From the NCBI GenBank assembly GCA_030141605.1, contig JAQGDQ010000017.1, positions 1,054,001 through 1,118,000 of the forward strand: a stretch of DNA of 64,000 nt. The letters run 5' to 3'. How positions within the stretch are numbered: position 1 is the stretch's first letter; every line of letters starts with the position of its first letter. The notes beneath the pieces are model-generated. The model was given only the letters and a program-made list of their open reading frames with translations, did not search any database and had not been told where the DNA came from. The position numbers and the translations under genes were made by a program. Positions 24,759 to 38,740 of the stretch are shown here, one piece after another. This stretch comes from Tubiluchus corallicola. Its lineage: Eukaryota; Animalia; Priapulida.

Positions 24759-26100
24759 GACCGATGGCGTCATTAATGGCCGAAGCGAAACCGGCGCTTA
24801 AGAAAACGGAAAACCAGTATTTTCCTATTATCACTGATACTAACAATGACTTTAATTTCAAGCAGGATATATTTTTTGGAAAGTAATCTTTTGGCTATAA
24901 ATGCAATTAACGCCGTTAAAATGCGCAATTTTTTGCTACTTTTCCATTGTCTTTCATCAGAAGCATTGTTTTTTAATACGCTCAATAAATTTATTATTAC
25001 CCGTCGCTAATAACGACAGGCTGTTAATGGGTTACATGTGTTTTGGGGACAGGGACATTCGACAGTCTATTTCGACACAAACATTTTGGCGCATGGGTCA
25101 TTTGGACACTAGGGGTTTTGGGCACATAGGTCATTTGTATGCATACGACATTTGGACACACAGAACATTTAGACACAAGATAATTCGGGCACATAGGACA
25201 TTTGGGCACAAGGCAAATTGCACACATAAGACATTTGAACACAAGGTAATTTTGACACATAGGCGATATGGACATATGGTGATTTGAACAAATAGGTTAT
25301 TAAATATAGACACGTGAGCTGTTTGACACTAGGCTTATTATTTGACACACAAGACGTTTGAACACTAGACGTTTTTATATAAACTTTATCTGTTTTAAGT
25401 GAATAGACCTACAGTAATTTTACTGATCGGACTTTTTCCACTGTTGTAAACTAGGTGTTTTTCACACGGGACACTTAGAAATGTAGATAATTTGGAGTCA
25501 TTTAACTGTTTAAATACCAAACGTACCATTCGGATTTGATCGGGAGATCGTATAACAACTTATGCCAGCAGCCAAATGAATTATGACTCACTTCTTGTTA
25601 GCAAGAGGTCACATAACAACAGTCAGTAACAACACTTTTTAATTTAAGCCCGCACGATATGACGATGGCTGCATCTTTTCACAATTGTTTAGTATGTAAT
25701 GAGTAAGAATTACAATGCGTCAGTGCAGAAATTGCCTTGTGTCCAAATTTCCTATGTCCAAATAGCCAATGTGTTGTCAAAAATACCTTGTTTCCAAGTA
25801 ACCCATGCGTCCAGGTGTCTTCTGTCCAAATGACTCATGTTCCAAATTGCATAGTGTTTAAATTAACTACGCGTCGAAATAGCCGTGTATATGGCCTATG
25901 TGTGTCCAAATAGCCTATGTGTCCAAGGCACCTTGTGTCCAAATGACTTATGTATGCAAAGTACCTTGTGTCCAAATGTTTTGTGACCAAATGTCCTGTG
26001 TCCATATGTCTATGTCGAAATGTCATAGCATTATGACTATGTTAATGGCATTAACGCCTGTTACTATTAGCGATGGACCATTAATGGCCATTGATGTCCT
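24759..26100. mobile_element. Foldback-like element with long inverted arms built of degenerate tandem units
   Basis: Left arm 25029-25370 has ttt(g)gacac/gggcac units, right arm 25733-26025 has gtgtccaaat units. Outer inverted matches: 25003-25029 vs 26049-26074 and 24759-24781 vs 26075-26098. Confidence 0.65.
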
Positions 26101-27199
26101 GTCATCGTCATTTATTGCTGCTATTGTTTGTCTAGTGTTATTCAAAATATCTATTAATGTAACTTCAAGCTCTCACAGTTTTCTTAGAACGCCAACACAA
26201 TCATTTTTACTACAACAAAACAACTTAGAATGTTCTAAAAACTTATGAAGAACGAAGCCATTCTCAATTGCAGATCATGGCCCCCATGTAGGAGCTATCG
26301 CTATGATTGCATGCGCTGTTAAGGATCGCCTGCCCCATCCTGTGTAGAGAAACAATCGAATTAAAGCCGCAAAACATTATGCTTACATTAGTCAAAGAGA
26401 ATTCTGATCACAACGCACGTAGCGCCATCTATGGAGGTACGTATCTATAAATTTTGTAGATGTTTTTATATTTCGCACCTCATTTGCCATTACAACGACT
26501 TTTTTTCAGTCTGAAGGCTGTCTTGATGTTGCCGCCTCTTTTATACTTCGTTGCTATCAGCAGTTAATAACATTTCTTTGAAAATGCTTTAAAGTGATAT
26601 ATTAGAGGCTTTTTAACTTGACGAGTTCTGAACGTAACTGAATCAGAAACTAATGTTCTAGAAGAATGCAAGCCTCCTTTTAAAACTGTAGGGCGCCGTG
26701 TTTAGTGCGTTTAAATATAACCTAAAAATGAAATTATTGCACAAAAAGTATTGCAAACGAAAATTACAATAATTTTACCTCCTGGGGCCCTACCAAATGA
26801 TCAACTTCATACTCTTTGAACAAGTTTGTGTGTAGATTATATAATGTTCACTCAGAAATATCACAACTCTAGCTTTATAATTTTTGTCTAGCCTAAAAAA
26901 GTGCTATACTTTTTAGAGCACTGACAGTACTATGAGTACAGGGATGTACATTACATTACGTTACTATGGTCAAAATGAACGCGCTTAAACGTGAATGATT
27001 ATAACTTTAATTTAAGACTTTACAATTGCACAAGATGTTTATGCACTTTTGTTGCTTAATCATTCTAACATTTGTCTCGAATATTAAAAGAAGTTCAACT
27101 TTTCTTAGCGAATCTTACCTTTCTTTCAATTTAGGTTGATATAAACCATTAATAATGTTCTCCAATTGCTCAAGTAATTTTTTCTTAACATTCTGTCAG

Positions 27200-28984
27200 T
27201 TACCAGGTGCACGAGCAGGCGGTTCAGTCACTAACAGGCTTAATCCAGGAAGAAACACCATTTGCAGGCCTAATCCAGGTAATCCAATCATTAACAGGCC
27301 TAATCCATGCGGCCCACTAATTAGCAGACCTAATCCTTATGGAACGACATCGCCTACTCCAGGTGGCTTGGTAGTGCACCGACAAACACCAGTACCTAAC
27401 CATATGCTCCTAGCTGCCATCTCCTGTTGTTTGTGTTTCCGCCTTACTGGATTGGTAGCAATTTACTACGCAGCAAAGGTAAGCCCTGGTTAAAACTGTT
27501 GAGAGTACAGGTGTTAGATTTCTTACTTAGAGTTACTAATCTTACTTAGATTCGTAGATCTAATCGTCACTAATCGTAGATTCGACCACTACGAAGGGTA
27601 AACTTTATAAACCTTTTCTTCCTGGGCTTAACAAAACTCTAATGCAAAACACTTTCTTTGTCAGGACTATATCGCTTTGGAATTCTTTTCCTTCTCATGT
27701 TGTCATGGTTTCCTCTTTAACTTCCTTCAAAACCACTCTAAAAATTGTAATTTTAATAATCATCTTAAAATTTTTTCGCTATTTTAGAGAATGCTCTTCG
27801 CATAATGGTCTCTAGAATTCCAAAGTGCACACCATTGTAAATATTTATTTTACAATAGTCACTAACAATTTATATGGTTTATCTGCATGGTTGATTTATA
27901 AAATTTCGCCAAAGTGTGTTTTTCTGTTTATTGGTCGCAATTTTTTAAAGTTTTAGATGATCTAAGCTTTTAATGTACTAACCTGTGAGGTTCTTTAAAT
28001 CGTTGTCGTAAAGGTGAAAGTCGTTGTGATTTTTTTGTGTATCACATTTTTTGTGCCTTGATGGCGTTGTTGCTTCATGATTTTTAACTTTTTACTATTT
28101 ATTTGTGATGTATTACTTTGCTAAAAAAGCAAATAAAATAAGATTCAATTCAATACACTGCTGCATTACTATTCACCAGTGTACTTCAGCTGGAGTTTTT
28201 GCTTAATTTTTTGGGTTCCTTCTTTGGAAAGAGGTCTGTTTTGCCATGATATTATTCCCATAGTCGTTCTAGTTGCTCATATACAGTAATAAGTTTTATC
28301 AGTTTTTAATATTATGACGTTACAACTAATAGAATTATTCTATAGTCATGACAAAGCTAAATAGTGTTTAAAACTGACTCCTAAAAAACGGATCAGGACA
28401 ACAGTAACTAAATGGTGCTGTAAAAGACGTATCCAGCAGCTGGACAATAAAAATTCAGTAAGTGAGAACCCATAATAAGAACCCATTAATAAGGTTTCGT
28501 ATTCTGCACTAGTTAAACCTGCGGCTTATAATGTTCTAAAGACGGCAGTGATTTTATCCAAGTTCTAAAATGAGCAACTCTTGAACAACTGCCTTTTGAT
28601 CCTGTAATCAGGCAAGTAGTTAACTGTGGATTGTCAGAAACTATGCGGGTCATTTGCTCTATATTTAGTAATTATTCTCAAATGTTATAAAAAACATAAT
28701 AATTACTATGGCAACTACTCTGTAATAATACGCCAGACATATCATATAAGCTCCTAGTAATAGTCTAACAAAAGAAACTTAATGTTATTTTTTTCAAGGT
28801 TGATGAACACAATGCAACAGGAAACGCCTATGAAGCTTGGCTAGCCTCCAAAAAAGTGAAAATTTATTTTGTTATTTCCGTGGCGATAACCGCAATAAAA
28901 TATCTGGTGATCGCCATCTTGTTTTTAACATTTATGAGCAAAGAAGAAGACAAAAATGCAATTACCGTTTTATCCAATTATTAG
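27200..28984 (+). CDS. CD225/dispanin (IFITM/PRRT-like) membrane protein; exons about 27200-27478 and 28799-28984; 5' end uncertain
   Basis: Exon 1 encodes PVPNHMLLAAISCCLCFRLTGLVAIYYAAK and ends at a phase-0 donor AAG|gt. Acceptor ttttttcaag precedes VDEHNATGNAYEAWLASKKVK, a TM segment and a stop. The start may be ATG 27155 or ATG GAG|gtacgt at 26431. Confidence 0.85.
27585..27745 (+). mobile_element. 3' fragment of a CR1/L2-like LINE in the dispanin intron
   Basis: Conceptual translation KLYKP...FFVRTISLWNSFPSHVV..SSLTSFKTTLK matches the typical WNxLP tail of CR1-group ORF2. Confidence 0.6.
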
Positions 28985-30728
28985 ATTTGTACCTAAAATT
29001 AGACCTAGATTTGTATTTAGATTAGATTGTACCTAAAATTGTACTTAAAAATTATAATTTGATTACAATAAATTACATAAATTTTATCCAAAAGTAAAAA
29101 TATAATTTAAGCACCGACAAAGGACTACAGTTTTCATTATATTTATACAATTTACTTTAATTTTTTATAAATTTAGGCACACACAGCCCAAACTTAGCCA
29201 ATATATAGCATAATTGCGAGCGTCGTAGCCGTAAATCAATGCATCATGCAGCCATATCAAACCTCAAACAGACCAGATGCCAACAGTATCCAGATCTAAA
29301 TTTAATGATTATTAGAGCAAATCCAAACAATGACAAACAGCAGCAAACAAACAAAAGGCCCAACTGCAGACAATAATCATCCTGTTATTTTGTTACGTAA
29401 ATTAAGCATCATTTTTATTACAGACATTAATGATTGTTACATAACTATAACAATTATGTAACAGTTATTTATACATAATTTATTACACAGTGACTTACAA
29501 CATAACAATTTCACTATGCCGCACAGTGCCGCCTATGTTTTTCTTGCAAAGACGGAAAGCGGAAAAACTGCTGCCCAAGCTCAGCACTAATCGCAGTCAG
29601 AAAGATCTGTTTATTTCACTGCTACGGCCATGCAAAACATTATCGAAAGTCATAGAAAAGTTTAACAGTCGTGGGATTGGGGTTGTTTTGCAACAAGTAA
29701 CGTCAACCAGCCAATCAGTAGGAGGCCTGGTGCATTCCACAATACTGTACCGTATGGTATGTTCCCAGACAAAATCGCTTGTAGATCGCTGATGAAACAT
29801 ATGTTTAATTGATTGTTCTGCATAAAAGATATTATGGATTAGTATTGTGCTTTTAGTGAAAACTGATTTCTAAATATAAATATTGCTTATTTATGAGAGT
29901 GTTTACATGTGCGCTCGTATGTTTATTTATTTACAAGATTCTGTGTGCAAAGTCAATATTGGCCCAGTTAAAAAGCAACTACGTAGTGAAAGGGTTAATT
30001 CAGTGTAGTATTTCTCTTACATAATATTGTATCGTTACAAGATGAATCTTAATAGTTAACTGATTTTTGCAAGTTGTTGTAATAGAGAGGTACAAACTTC
30101 CGTGTAAAACTAAGTAAGAGCACTAATGCAATACACTCTATACACCAGTTTGCCCTTCTTGGATATTGAAACCCGTCTTAAGCATTCTCTATTTGCTATG
30201 CACAAGTTCCGGTTATTGTGAGTGTTTGTTGACACAGCAGTTGTTGGCAAGTTGCGATGAAGGACTTCAGTTAATACAGAGTTAGATAATTTAACAGATT
30301 TTATCGTAATATCATCACTTCAACTGCTAACTGATTTTCAGAAATATTACACACGGTCAGTCAGTAATTAGACTTATCGTATCTAAAATTTAAATTGATG
30401 ACAAGAAAAATCAATATCGATTTTTTTTAAATGGAGTTAAAAGTCGAGTCACAAACTCTTTATTATTATTTTTCCTTTATACATCAGAATCATTACAAAA
30501 ACAAATATGAGAGAGAATTGTTCAAGAGTAATATACATTAAGTAGGTTTGGGAGGCAAAGCTAGTTTGTGAAAATTAATGAGTCTATGAAAAGAGCATTA
30601 ATTTATTGTCATGGTTTTCTTGAGGTTGCTCACGTGTACCCAAAACGTCGTAGTTTATATATATATATATATGAACAGAAACTTTGTCTGCTCACTTCAT
30701 TCGAAAGAACAATATTCACCCATTCAAG

Positions 30729-31056
30729 CAGGGGTGAGCATCGAACATTCGAACCTAGAATTATAGATTCAATTAATTTAGTACTTCAACTACATAGTTT
30801 CTTACCATTAAAACGTTTGAACATCATGCAATTAGCACAGTTTAGCTATAATTTCTGCGCACAATTTTTAAAAAAATTATCAATAGTTTTACTGCAGAGC
30901 AAGGCAGAGCAAAATTGAGCAATGCTCGTGCATGATCTTACTTTTTACTGGTGCTTCGAAAACTTGTTCGAATATCTTTCAAACTTAATTCGAATTCAAA
31001 AGTCACAAATTCGGTTCGATTCGAATTCGCTGTGTGGTAAAGAATGCTCACCACTA
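30729..31056 (+). mobile_element. hAT-like MITE family C, copy 1
   Basis: Ends caggggtgagcat and atgctcaccacta; internal ttcgaa-rich sequence is shared with 39709-40091. Confidence 0.8.
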
Positions 31057-32907
31057 CTGTCAAGTGGCCAATAATCAACATGCCCTGGCCGGACTCCTGA
31101 ATTGTGTTAGTAAATAAAGCGCACCGAAAGAAAAGACACAAGTAATGACGCTTTTTCAATTTTCCTTGACGAAGCAATGCGCAAAATAATTAAAGTAGAC
31201 TGTAGATTATACATTGAACGTTCTTAATACTCACCATTCAAGGAGAGAAAAGCTCGAATCACTGGTTACTCACGTTTTAATTTAATTGACAGTGTCATCT
31301 AAAGACGCTTATGGTAAGCTTTAGTGGCAGTTCCCTATTTTAGTTGGTAAAATCTAATTAAATGCATCGGTAGTCTGGTGCTGTGCATTTTTTATCAGAA
31401 TTTAATCCGTGTTTCATAATCGAACAAATTTTAGCGCAGATGTGATGAAAAAGCACTTACAACGCGCTCGCAGCTTGTACAACGAATCATTTCTAAAAAG
31501 AGAACCCATCCAGCGACATGTTTGTATCTGAATATGACATGACTGGAGATTGGCTCACAACCAAGGATATCCTCTAAGATAAGTCTGTGAATTGGCAGAC
31601 GTTTTTCAACCCCGTTCTAACGTATATACATTTTCCCTGAGTCCCTCTATGAGGAAAACACTAACAGCCAAAGTGTACGAGTGATACTGTCCAGAGCAAG
31701 CCAGGATCGAACTCAAACAGCCATATGCCACTCTCCTGAAAGCGCGCTTACATATCCACTCAGTTTCGGCCACAAGCTTTGCCAAGTTATTAAACAATGG
31801 CAAATTCATTCTCGCACAACAAGAATGTCCATTTCACAAGAATCATTTTGATACCAAGCTCAAAATAATCTACCATTGCAGTTGAGATAAAACATAATCT
31901 TGAGAAAAATGTTGTTGAAGTCTGTCATTTATCCCGTTTTTACAAAAACACCTTAACAACATCGTACGAAAGAACAGTTGCTATGAACTAATTGCACCTT
32001 AAAATTACATTTAAAACACTAGATAACTTTTCCAGCTGAGGATCCACAATTTAATAGGTAAACTGTAAGCAAAATGGCTGCTTCTACGAGTTACTATCAG
32101 AGTTAAAAGATCCAAGATTTTCAAATGCAGGACTAACTTTTTAGCCAGAGGAGCAAGGAAGGGTTATAAAAGTTAAATTATTAGTATTTAAAACAGTTTA
32201 CTGGCAACTTGATGTTAGAGTATGAAATTCCAAGTTTCCAACACTATTTGCAATTATTTTGTGAAAAACAAAAAATTCATACAACCCAATTTTTGGTGCA
32301 TTCTACTTTGACGCATCATAACGTAGTTTAACTACGTGTTAATAATGTGCCAACTTATGGTCAATTTTGGTTTGCAAGCACAGAAACAGTAGGCTCCCCA
32401 TGATTTATGTCAGAATTTTAGCATTCCGAACAGTATTCAAGACTTCTACGTGTTAAAATGGTGAAAAGAGAATTTTAAATTATGTCCCAAAAAATTTTCT
32501 GTACAAATTTTATTGTTTTGCATTTTACATACTATTTGAAAGGCTTTTGTAGCTAGAATGGAAAATTTTTGGTAATTTAAAATTGTGGCTCTTTAAGCAA
32601 AACAGTATTTAGTTCTTTAAGTAATTACTAATTTTATAAAGTAGCAGTATATTTGACTGTGACACATTATCTTGTAATGTTGACATAAATACGTTATGAT
32701 TCTTGTCAATATAGTTTTATATGTCCAATGTTATGACTTTTATAAAAAACTGTTTACTCAAAAAGGCAGTTGGTTTATTTGTAGTAAACAAAACCCTAAT
32801 TGGGGTGCTAACAAGTGCTGCTTCATCCTTTTCAAAGCGGCAAATTTGTGCTTGTTATTTAAATAATTTTCTATTTTTTTCAGTAAGTAATTGATTTGAT
32901 CCAGAGA

Positions 32908-33171
32908 ATGGCTTCTTCAGCCGCTGTCAAAAAATATGGCCCAGGTCTTAGAGGATTGTTCAAAAAAGGCTGGAACGAGTTACCAGAGGTAGTCATATCT
33001 TTCGTCGGCTTTCTGGTTTTTGCTGCCGTTGCTATAGGTCACACCGAGTATAAATATAGATATGGTGATGGCCACACTCAACCGTACAGAATCAAGTACA
33101 CAGTGTACAGGCCTGGAGATCCAAGATGGGAAAAAGTTCTAAATCCAAGAAAGAGTTCCGATGATTTTTAG
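32908..33171 (+). CDS. NDUFA3: NADH dehydrogenase (complex I) subunit NDUFA3/B9-like, 87 aa; intronless CDS
   Basis: LFKKGWNELPEVV, a single TM helix, then Y...Y.VYRPGDPR; resembles the insect NDUFA3 (Drosophila CG9034) pattern as I recall it. Strong acceptor ttttttttcag at 32883; candidate upstream donor atg|gtaagc at about 31314. Confidence 0.75.
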   Translation: MASSAAVKKYGPGLRGLFKKGWNELPEVVISFVGFLVFAAVAIGHTEYKYRYGDGHTQPYRIKYTVYRPGDPRWEKVLNPRKSSDDF

Positions 33172-35195
33172 ACCTTTTGTACACCTTGTTTGTCTTGCAT
33201 AGCTTACTAGAAATTGTTCATATTCCTGAAAATGCTTTGAACATTGTTTATTTAATCAAGCATTTGTGAGATTACTTTTCACTTGGTTAGAAAGTTGCAA
33301 AAGACAAGAAAATTGCAATTTTATTTCTTTACTGTTGTTGAAACTGACTCAGACACGGTGGCATTTTATGTATAGATACACAATACAAACAACGAAGCAA
33401 GCCGAATAGTTAAAGTTAGATACAAATGTAATACACTCTGTGCAGTTTATAGAGTGTAGCAGCTACTGAACGTCCAGCGGCACAAGTTAGCAGCTGCTTT
33501 ATTTACAGTGATTTAATTTTTCTTGTGACCAGGTGCATGTCAGAACATATTTGCAAACAAGAAAAGCAATTTTTAATCAAAATTCTAGTCTGAATTTCAT
33601 TTCAGGCTATTTAGATATCAATTACTATGTTGCAGTAAACCTTAATTTGTTAAATATTATCTACTTCTTTTATTATCTTGGTTTATGTTTATTTCTTTCT
33701 TTTTATATAGTCAATTTTTTATGTCACTAAACTGTTATTTCTGTCGAAATTATTTGCGTGCTTTATGTATACAGCTATTTGGCACACAATTATCTAGTCA
33801 CTGATTAAATACTAAATCAGCAAATTATTATAATTACAAGTTAATGACAGCAGATCATGCAAGCCAGGTATTTTGACAACACTGTATAAAAGGTTTATTT
33901 GCAGACTTGCTGACATAGATAAGTTGTGCAATACAATATGTATTGGATTTTCAATGCTTCCAACATATAAGCACAATGAAGAAAACACACTAGAAAGACC
34001 ACTGCTCATTGCAGTGATACACGAAAAAAATTTTTATGTGAATCATGTCAAACTTGCTGTTGAGTCACCGCAGCCAGTAAACAGTAGAAGCGTGCAGATC
34101 AGACAAAATTTAATGAAGATGGAAATGATGAAAATATATTGTGCTTTGAATTCACACCTCATAAGTAATTATTATCTATAAGCCAATATTGTTTTAAGAC
34201 ACATAGATAGAGATAATCAGATACTCTATAGAGTTTGTCAATTTTATGTATTTTCCATTTTAATATAAAAATTAGAGAAAATTAACAATTTAAATTAATT
34301 AGTAGTTCATCTGTTTTTCAACAACTGAAATTCCAAAACCACAAATATAAAATAACTGAAAAAATGGAATTATTGAATGTTATACATGAATAGGAATATT
34401 ATTTATTATTGCGTAAATGATATTAGGATGTTGAAAAAAACAAAATCAAGGTTGCAAACTTGAGCAGTCACAAAAAGAGGTTATAAAGTTGAAGGGGACG
34501 TAGATAAAGAGCGTAATTTCGATATAAGCTGGACCCGCAACTTCAAAGATCTTTCATGTTGATTTTCTTGCTTGCATTGCAATTCGCTGGGCTGGTGAGT
34601 GGTGACGTTGTAAAAGTATTGTACATAGATCTTATTTTTTTATTTTTAGTGGAAAACAAAGTCGTCTTATTTGCTCCAGCTACTTTAAACTAAAACGTAG
34701 CTCAGGATTTTTTAGGTATTCGGCAACGTTTATGCACAACTTTGATCTAACCTCTATATTTGTAATTCATTATCACTTCAGCATGTATTTTTACATTACA
34801 ATTCGTATCATTATCTTAATAACTATTATGCTTTATAAATAGAAAATGAAATATAGTTGCAATAATTGTAACAGTATTACATTGGTATACTATAGCATGG
34901 TACAGTTAGGGAAAACGTTCCAAATATAATTACAAAAATTTAACAGAAGTGCACTAACATAGTTACTAAACTACTTAATAGTTTGTCAACAAGAAATAGA
35001 TGCTACATGGTGGTCAAGAAGCAAAGCTTGTAAGACCACCATGAAAAGTGAAAAAACGACTTAATAGACAGAGATAGAGAAAAAATGAATTAGAAAGAAG
35101 TTCAGCAGAGACACGATGCAAAAGTATGAAAATGTAAACTGTAAGGTAACCAGTCGCGGGATTTACTGTGACTATTGACAAAACCCAAAAATGCA

Positions 35196-35474
35196 TTATA
35201 AGTAAGATTTCAGCAGAAGAGATTTCATATATCTTTTAAAGCCAAATAATTTTCGATATGTTGTGACATATATTGATATTTTATTCCATAGATTTGGAGT
35301 GGTAAATTCTAAAAAGTGTCTGGCAACATTGGTCCTGCAAAATGGAATATAACATTTGATAAATCTAGTGAAGTGATGTTGGTGATTATGTACGACGGGA
35401 TTTATGAAACGCGGGGGTAATAAACTATGGTGTGTTTTGTGCAGGTAGATAGCAAGGTGGGAAGAAACTACCAT
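35196..35474 (-). mobile_element. 3' fragment of a LINE ORF2
   Basis: H.H.TR...IPFCRTN....PNLWNKI...FK..MK..LL is typical of the C-terminus of CR1-group LINE ORF2. Confidence 0.65.
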
Positions 35475-37747
35475 CGATCAATCCACGTGTTATAACTTAA
35501 GTAATAATTAATATTTCACAATAAAGCCTTTAATGTAAAAGGCAAAATGAGTTTATACGAAAGACTAAACCATCGTTTAAAAGTTAGAGAGATTGGTTGG
35601 TAGACTAGAACATAATTCATTTTAAAGGTTTATTTATCTCCAATACTATTTTCATAGGACAATTACAACAAATTATGTAAAGTTTGTAGAGATGGGGTGG
35701 TAAAAGACCAGGAGGTTATCGAGTCAGCCACACCTAGTAGCTTAAGAATAGTGCAAAAGACTGCAGAACACGTGGTTAGAAGGAAGATATGTAGTTAGAT
35801 CTTAAATGTAACAAATGAATGACATCATTTTAATATTATGATTACTGTAGATCGACAGGGCGAAGCCTATAAATTGGTTTTTGCCCATAATTGTCTCTGT
35901 TGTTAGACCTCTGTTAATTGTTTTATCACACGTTTTCTGTCTTGTGTTTTACATTTTTGCAATTTCTCTAAAGTTATCTTTAGACATAATCTAATGTATG
36001 CCGATCGTGCTTGTTCAACACTACATAGAATGTTCACATTTCACGACTTCTCAGTGTTCCCCGATGCTGCATACCACCTTGGCACATACTACCTTGCTGT
36101 GTACCATAGTACAATGTTGCCACCTTATTGTGTACTGACTCACAGTACTGCCTCGTGGTACATGATGTTGGAGTACATGGCAAAATGCCCATCTGAAGTA
36201 TAAAATTCTATTCTTATAAACTTATGTTATAATCATTACAAATTTGGTGAATTTTCTGTATATCAAAGTTTTTTTGTATTTGCCACTTTTCACGAAAATG
36301 TATTAAACAAACTGATGATCAATTGCGAACAAGGCACAACAACCGAGATTTTGCTTTCTGCTTCTGTATTGCAATTGGCAGATTGCAACGCGCTATTAGT
36401 ACGCAACTCGTGGTAAGGTGCAATATCCTGGCGAAATGGATCAATTGAGAACTGAAGCTAGTAAAGAATAATACTATTGCAGTTTTTCTTAAAGATGACA
36501 TGGAAGTACGTTGGAAGTTTTTTAATACACAATTGCGATTTCTTTTTGTACTTAGCCGCTTTGGCAGCGTCGTTACTTTAAGCGGGCCTGTGGTAACTCG
36601 TATTGCTTGCAAAGTGCGTAATTGGTAAGCGGACTTTACTATAATAGCCATTAAATAAAAAAACAGATTTAGTAATCTGAGAAACTTACACAGCTGACCA
36701 ATCACCACTGACTTAAAATGCTTTAAGCATTACAAACTTTATAATTCTTTCAATTGGAATGAAATACAATTACAAGTTCAGTTTCAGTAAAAAATTCATA
36801 TCGGCTTTGGTCTGGTATTCCACGTTAAACTGCTACTTTTATTTGGTGTTAAGTTTAGTAGCACATACAGTCTTTCAATTGAGCTTTGGTTCGGTGATAT
36901 CCAAGCATAAAAATTCAACTTTGATTTGGTCAACTGAAGAAAATGCTACTAGTACATGGAGGTGAATGTTAACTCCTTCAAGACTGTAAGTGTTTCCTGC
37001 ATCTTGCATGGGTTCATGAAAAACTGCACTCACTAAACAGAGATTATGTTATGTTTGATCATTTTTGTAGGTTTCTGCTCCTCACACAATGGATTTTGAG
37101 AAATGCATTTGCTTACCTTAGACAACTTAAAAATTGATTTTTGATGAATAAATTGAAAAAAGCTTTCAGTAACTGCAGTGTTTGCTCTGTAACAAAGTAC
37201 CGTATCGCTCGTGTGAAATCGGCTAATGCAGAAAATTTCAACTATCCAGACACAACACTCTCATACACTTCGGTCTTAAGTCTATTTTATTTTTAAGGAG
37301 AAATTCCTGTTAAAAGATGAAACTACATTAATTTCTTCTTGGCTGATTAGTTGGTTTTCCCTGGAATAGCATCAGAACTCTGTTCAGCAGACAGCAGGCA
37401 ATCAATAAAATAGAGTGCACGATCACGCAAGTGTACACCAAACTAAGCTACTCAATAGGCTAAGTTGGAGTGCTTTGCGATACATACCGCCGCAATGCAT
37501 GGTGAGGCATTACTTGGTACTGCAGTACACGGGCATGTCGAACAGCACGAACGTTCCACATAATATTCTTACGCAGCAGAAAACATGCCCATGTTTATTA
37601 TTGAAGAGTTGGATAAAACACTCAATGATGCTGCTCACGCTGCATCACTTCTGCCAACTAAGCCTCACATCAAGTTATGCTTTTACAATAAAAGCGAATA
37701 ATCGTGAAATCTCAGCCATGTAAACTGTAAACAGTTGTACTTTCATT

Positions 37748-37885
37748 CAGACTTAGATGTTAAGCCCTAATAAACGCTAATTATTTGCAATTCAAACTTG
37801 GATGTTAAGCCCTAATAAACGCTAATTATTTGCAAGTCAGACTTGGATGTTAAGCCCTATTAAATGCTAATTATTTGCAAGTCAG
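37748..37885. repeat. 45-bp tandem repeat, 3 copies
   Basis: gatgttaagccctaataaacgctaattatttgcaa occurs three times with 45-bp period. Confidence 0.92.
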
Positions 37886-38740
37886 AAGTCAGTGTTAAAA
37901 CCTATTTTTAGTACCGCAATTTTAGGTAAATGCAATGATACTGCTTACCTAACATTGTAATACATGTCAATCAAAAAACTTCATTACAATGTATTGCCCT
38001 TGTTGCTTGCAGACATATTTGTTCAAGAGCGCGTTCGATGTTGATAAATGGCACACTTCTGGGAATTAGTGCCGAAATGATGGGTGGTAATTAAACTTAG
38101 TAATACGGATATTCAGGCAATTATATATAATGACGTAAAATTCATTTCAACCCATTATCAGTTGTAAATTAGCCATCAGTAGATAAATAACAAACAGGTA
38201 CACTCGATAAAACACCTGACACCCATCGAAGTAGTTAGTATTAAAATCTTTAGATATTGGCTGTCATGCTCACGATCTCCACGGTCACGCTTGTAAATTG
38301 ACACCCAGCATTCGCATGAATCATTTGCCGCAACTAACTGAGCTGACTTAAGATCTCCCACCTTGCTAGAAAAAGATTGGCTTAATCCAGGTATTCAGCT
38401 AGCATGGCGACTTTACATCAATATAGCTTTTATGGGTATTAGTTAATCAATTAATTGTCACTTTTGCTTGTAAACAGCTCCGCCCACACTGCATTGTGTT
38501 ATGGTGTTTTTCAATTTTGTCATTTGAAGTGTGACTGCTACTGGGGCACTTTTCAGCAAACCAGCTACTCTATGTAGCTCCTCTTACATTTTGTATCGGA
38601 AACCTTACCCCCAAGAGTGAAATGAGTTTTAACGCATTTTCGATAATTTTGATGGGTAGTCCAATATCTAATCTAATCATATGATCTGGATTCTGTCCTA
38701 TTGTCTAGTCTATTGTCATAGTTAAACAACTTACGAACCA

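Noticed and set aside
24901-26248. His/Cys-rich ORFs (GHLDTR, CVQM repeats)
   Set aside because: Translations of the foldback element's tandem units.
29490-30000. Possible piggyBac-like element ending aaagggTTAA (similar ends at about 40942 and 60550)
   Set aside because: Only single ends are seen; no matching partner TIR or transposase motif could be established.
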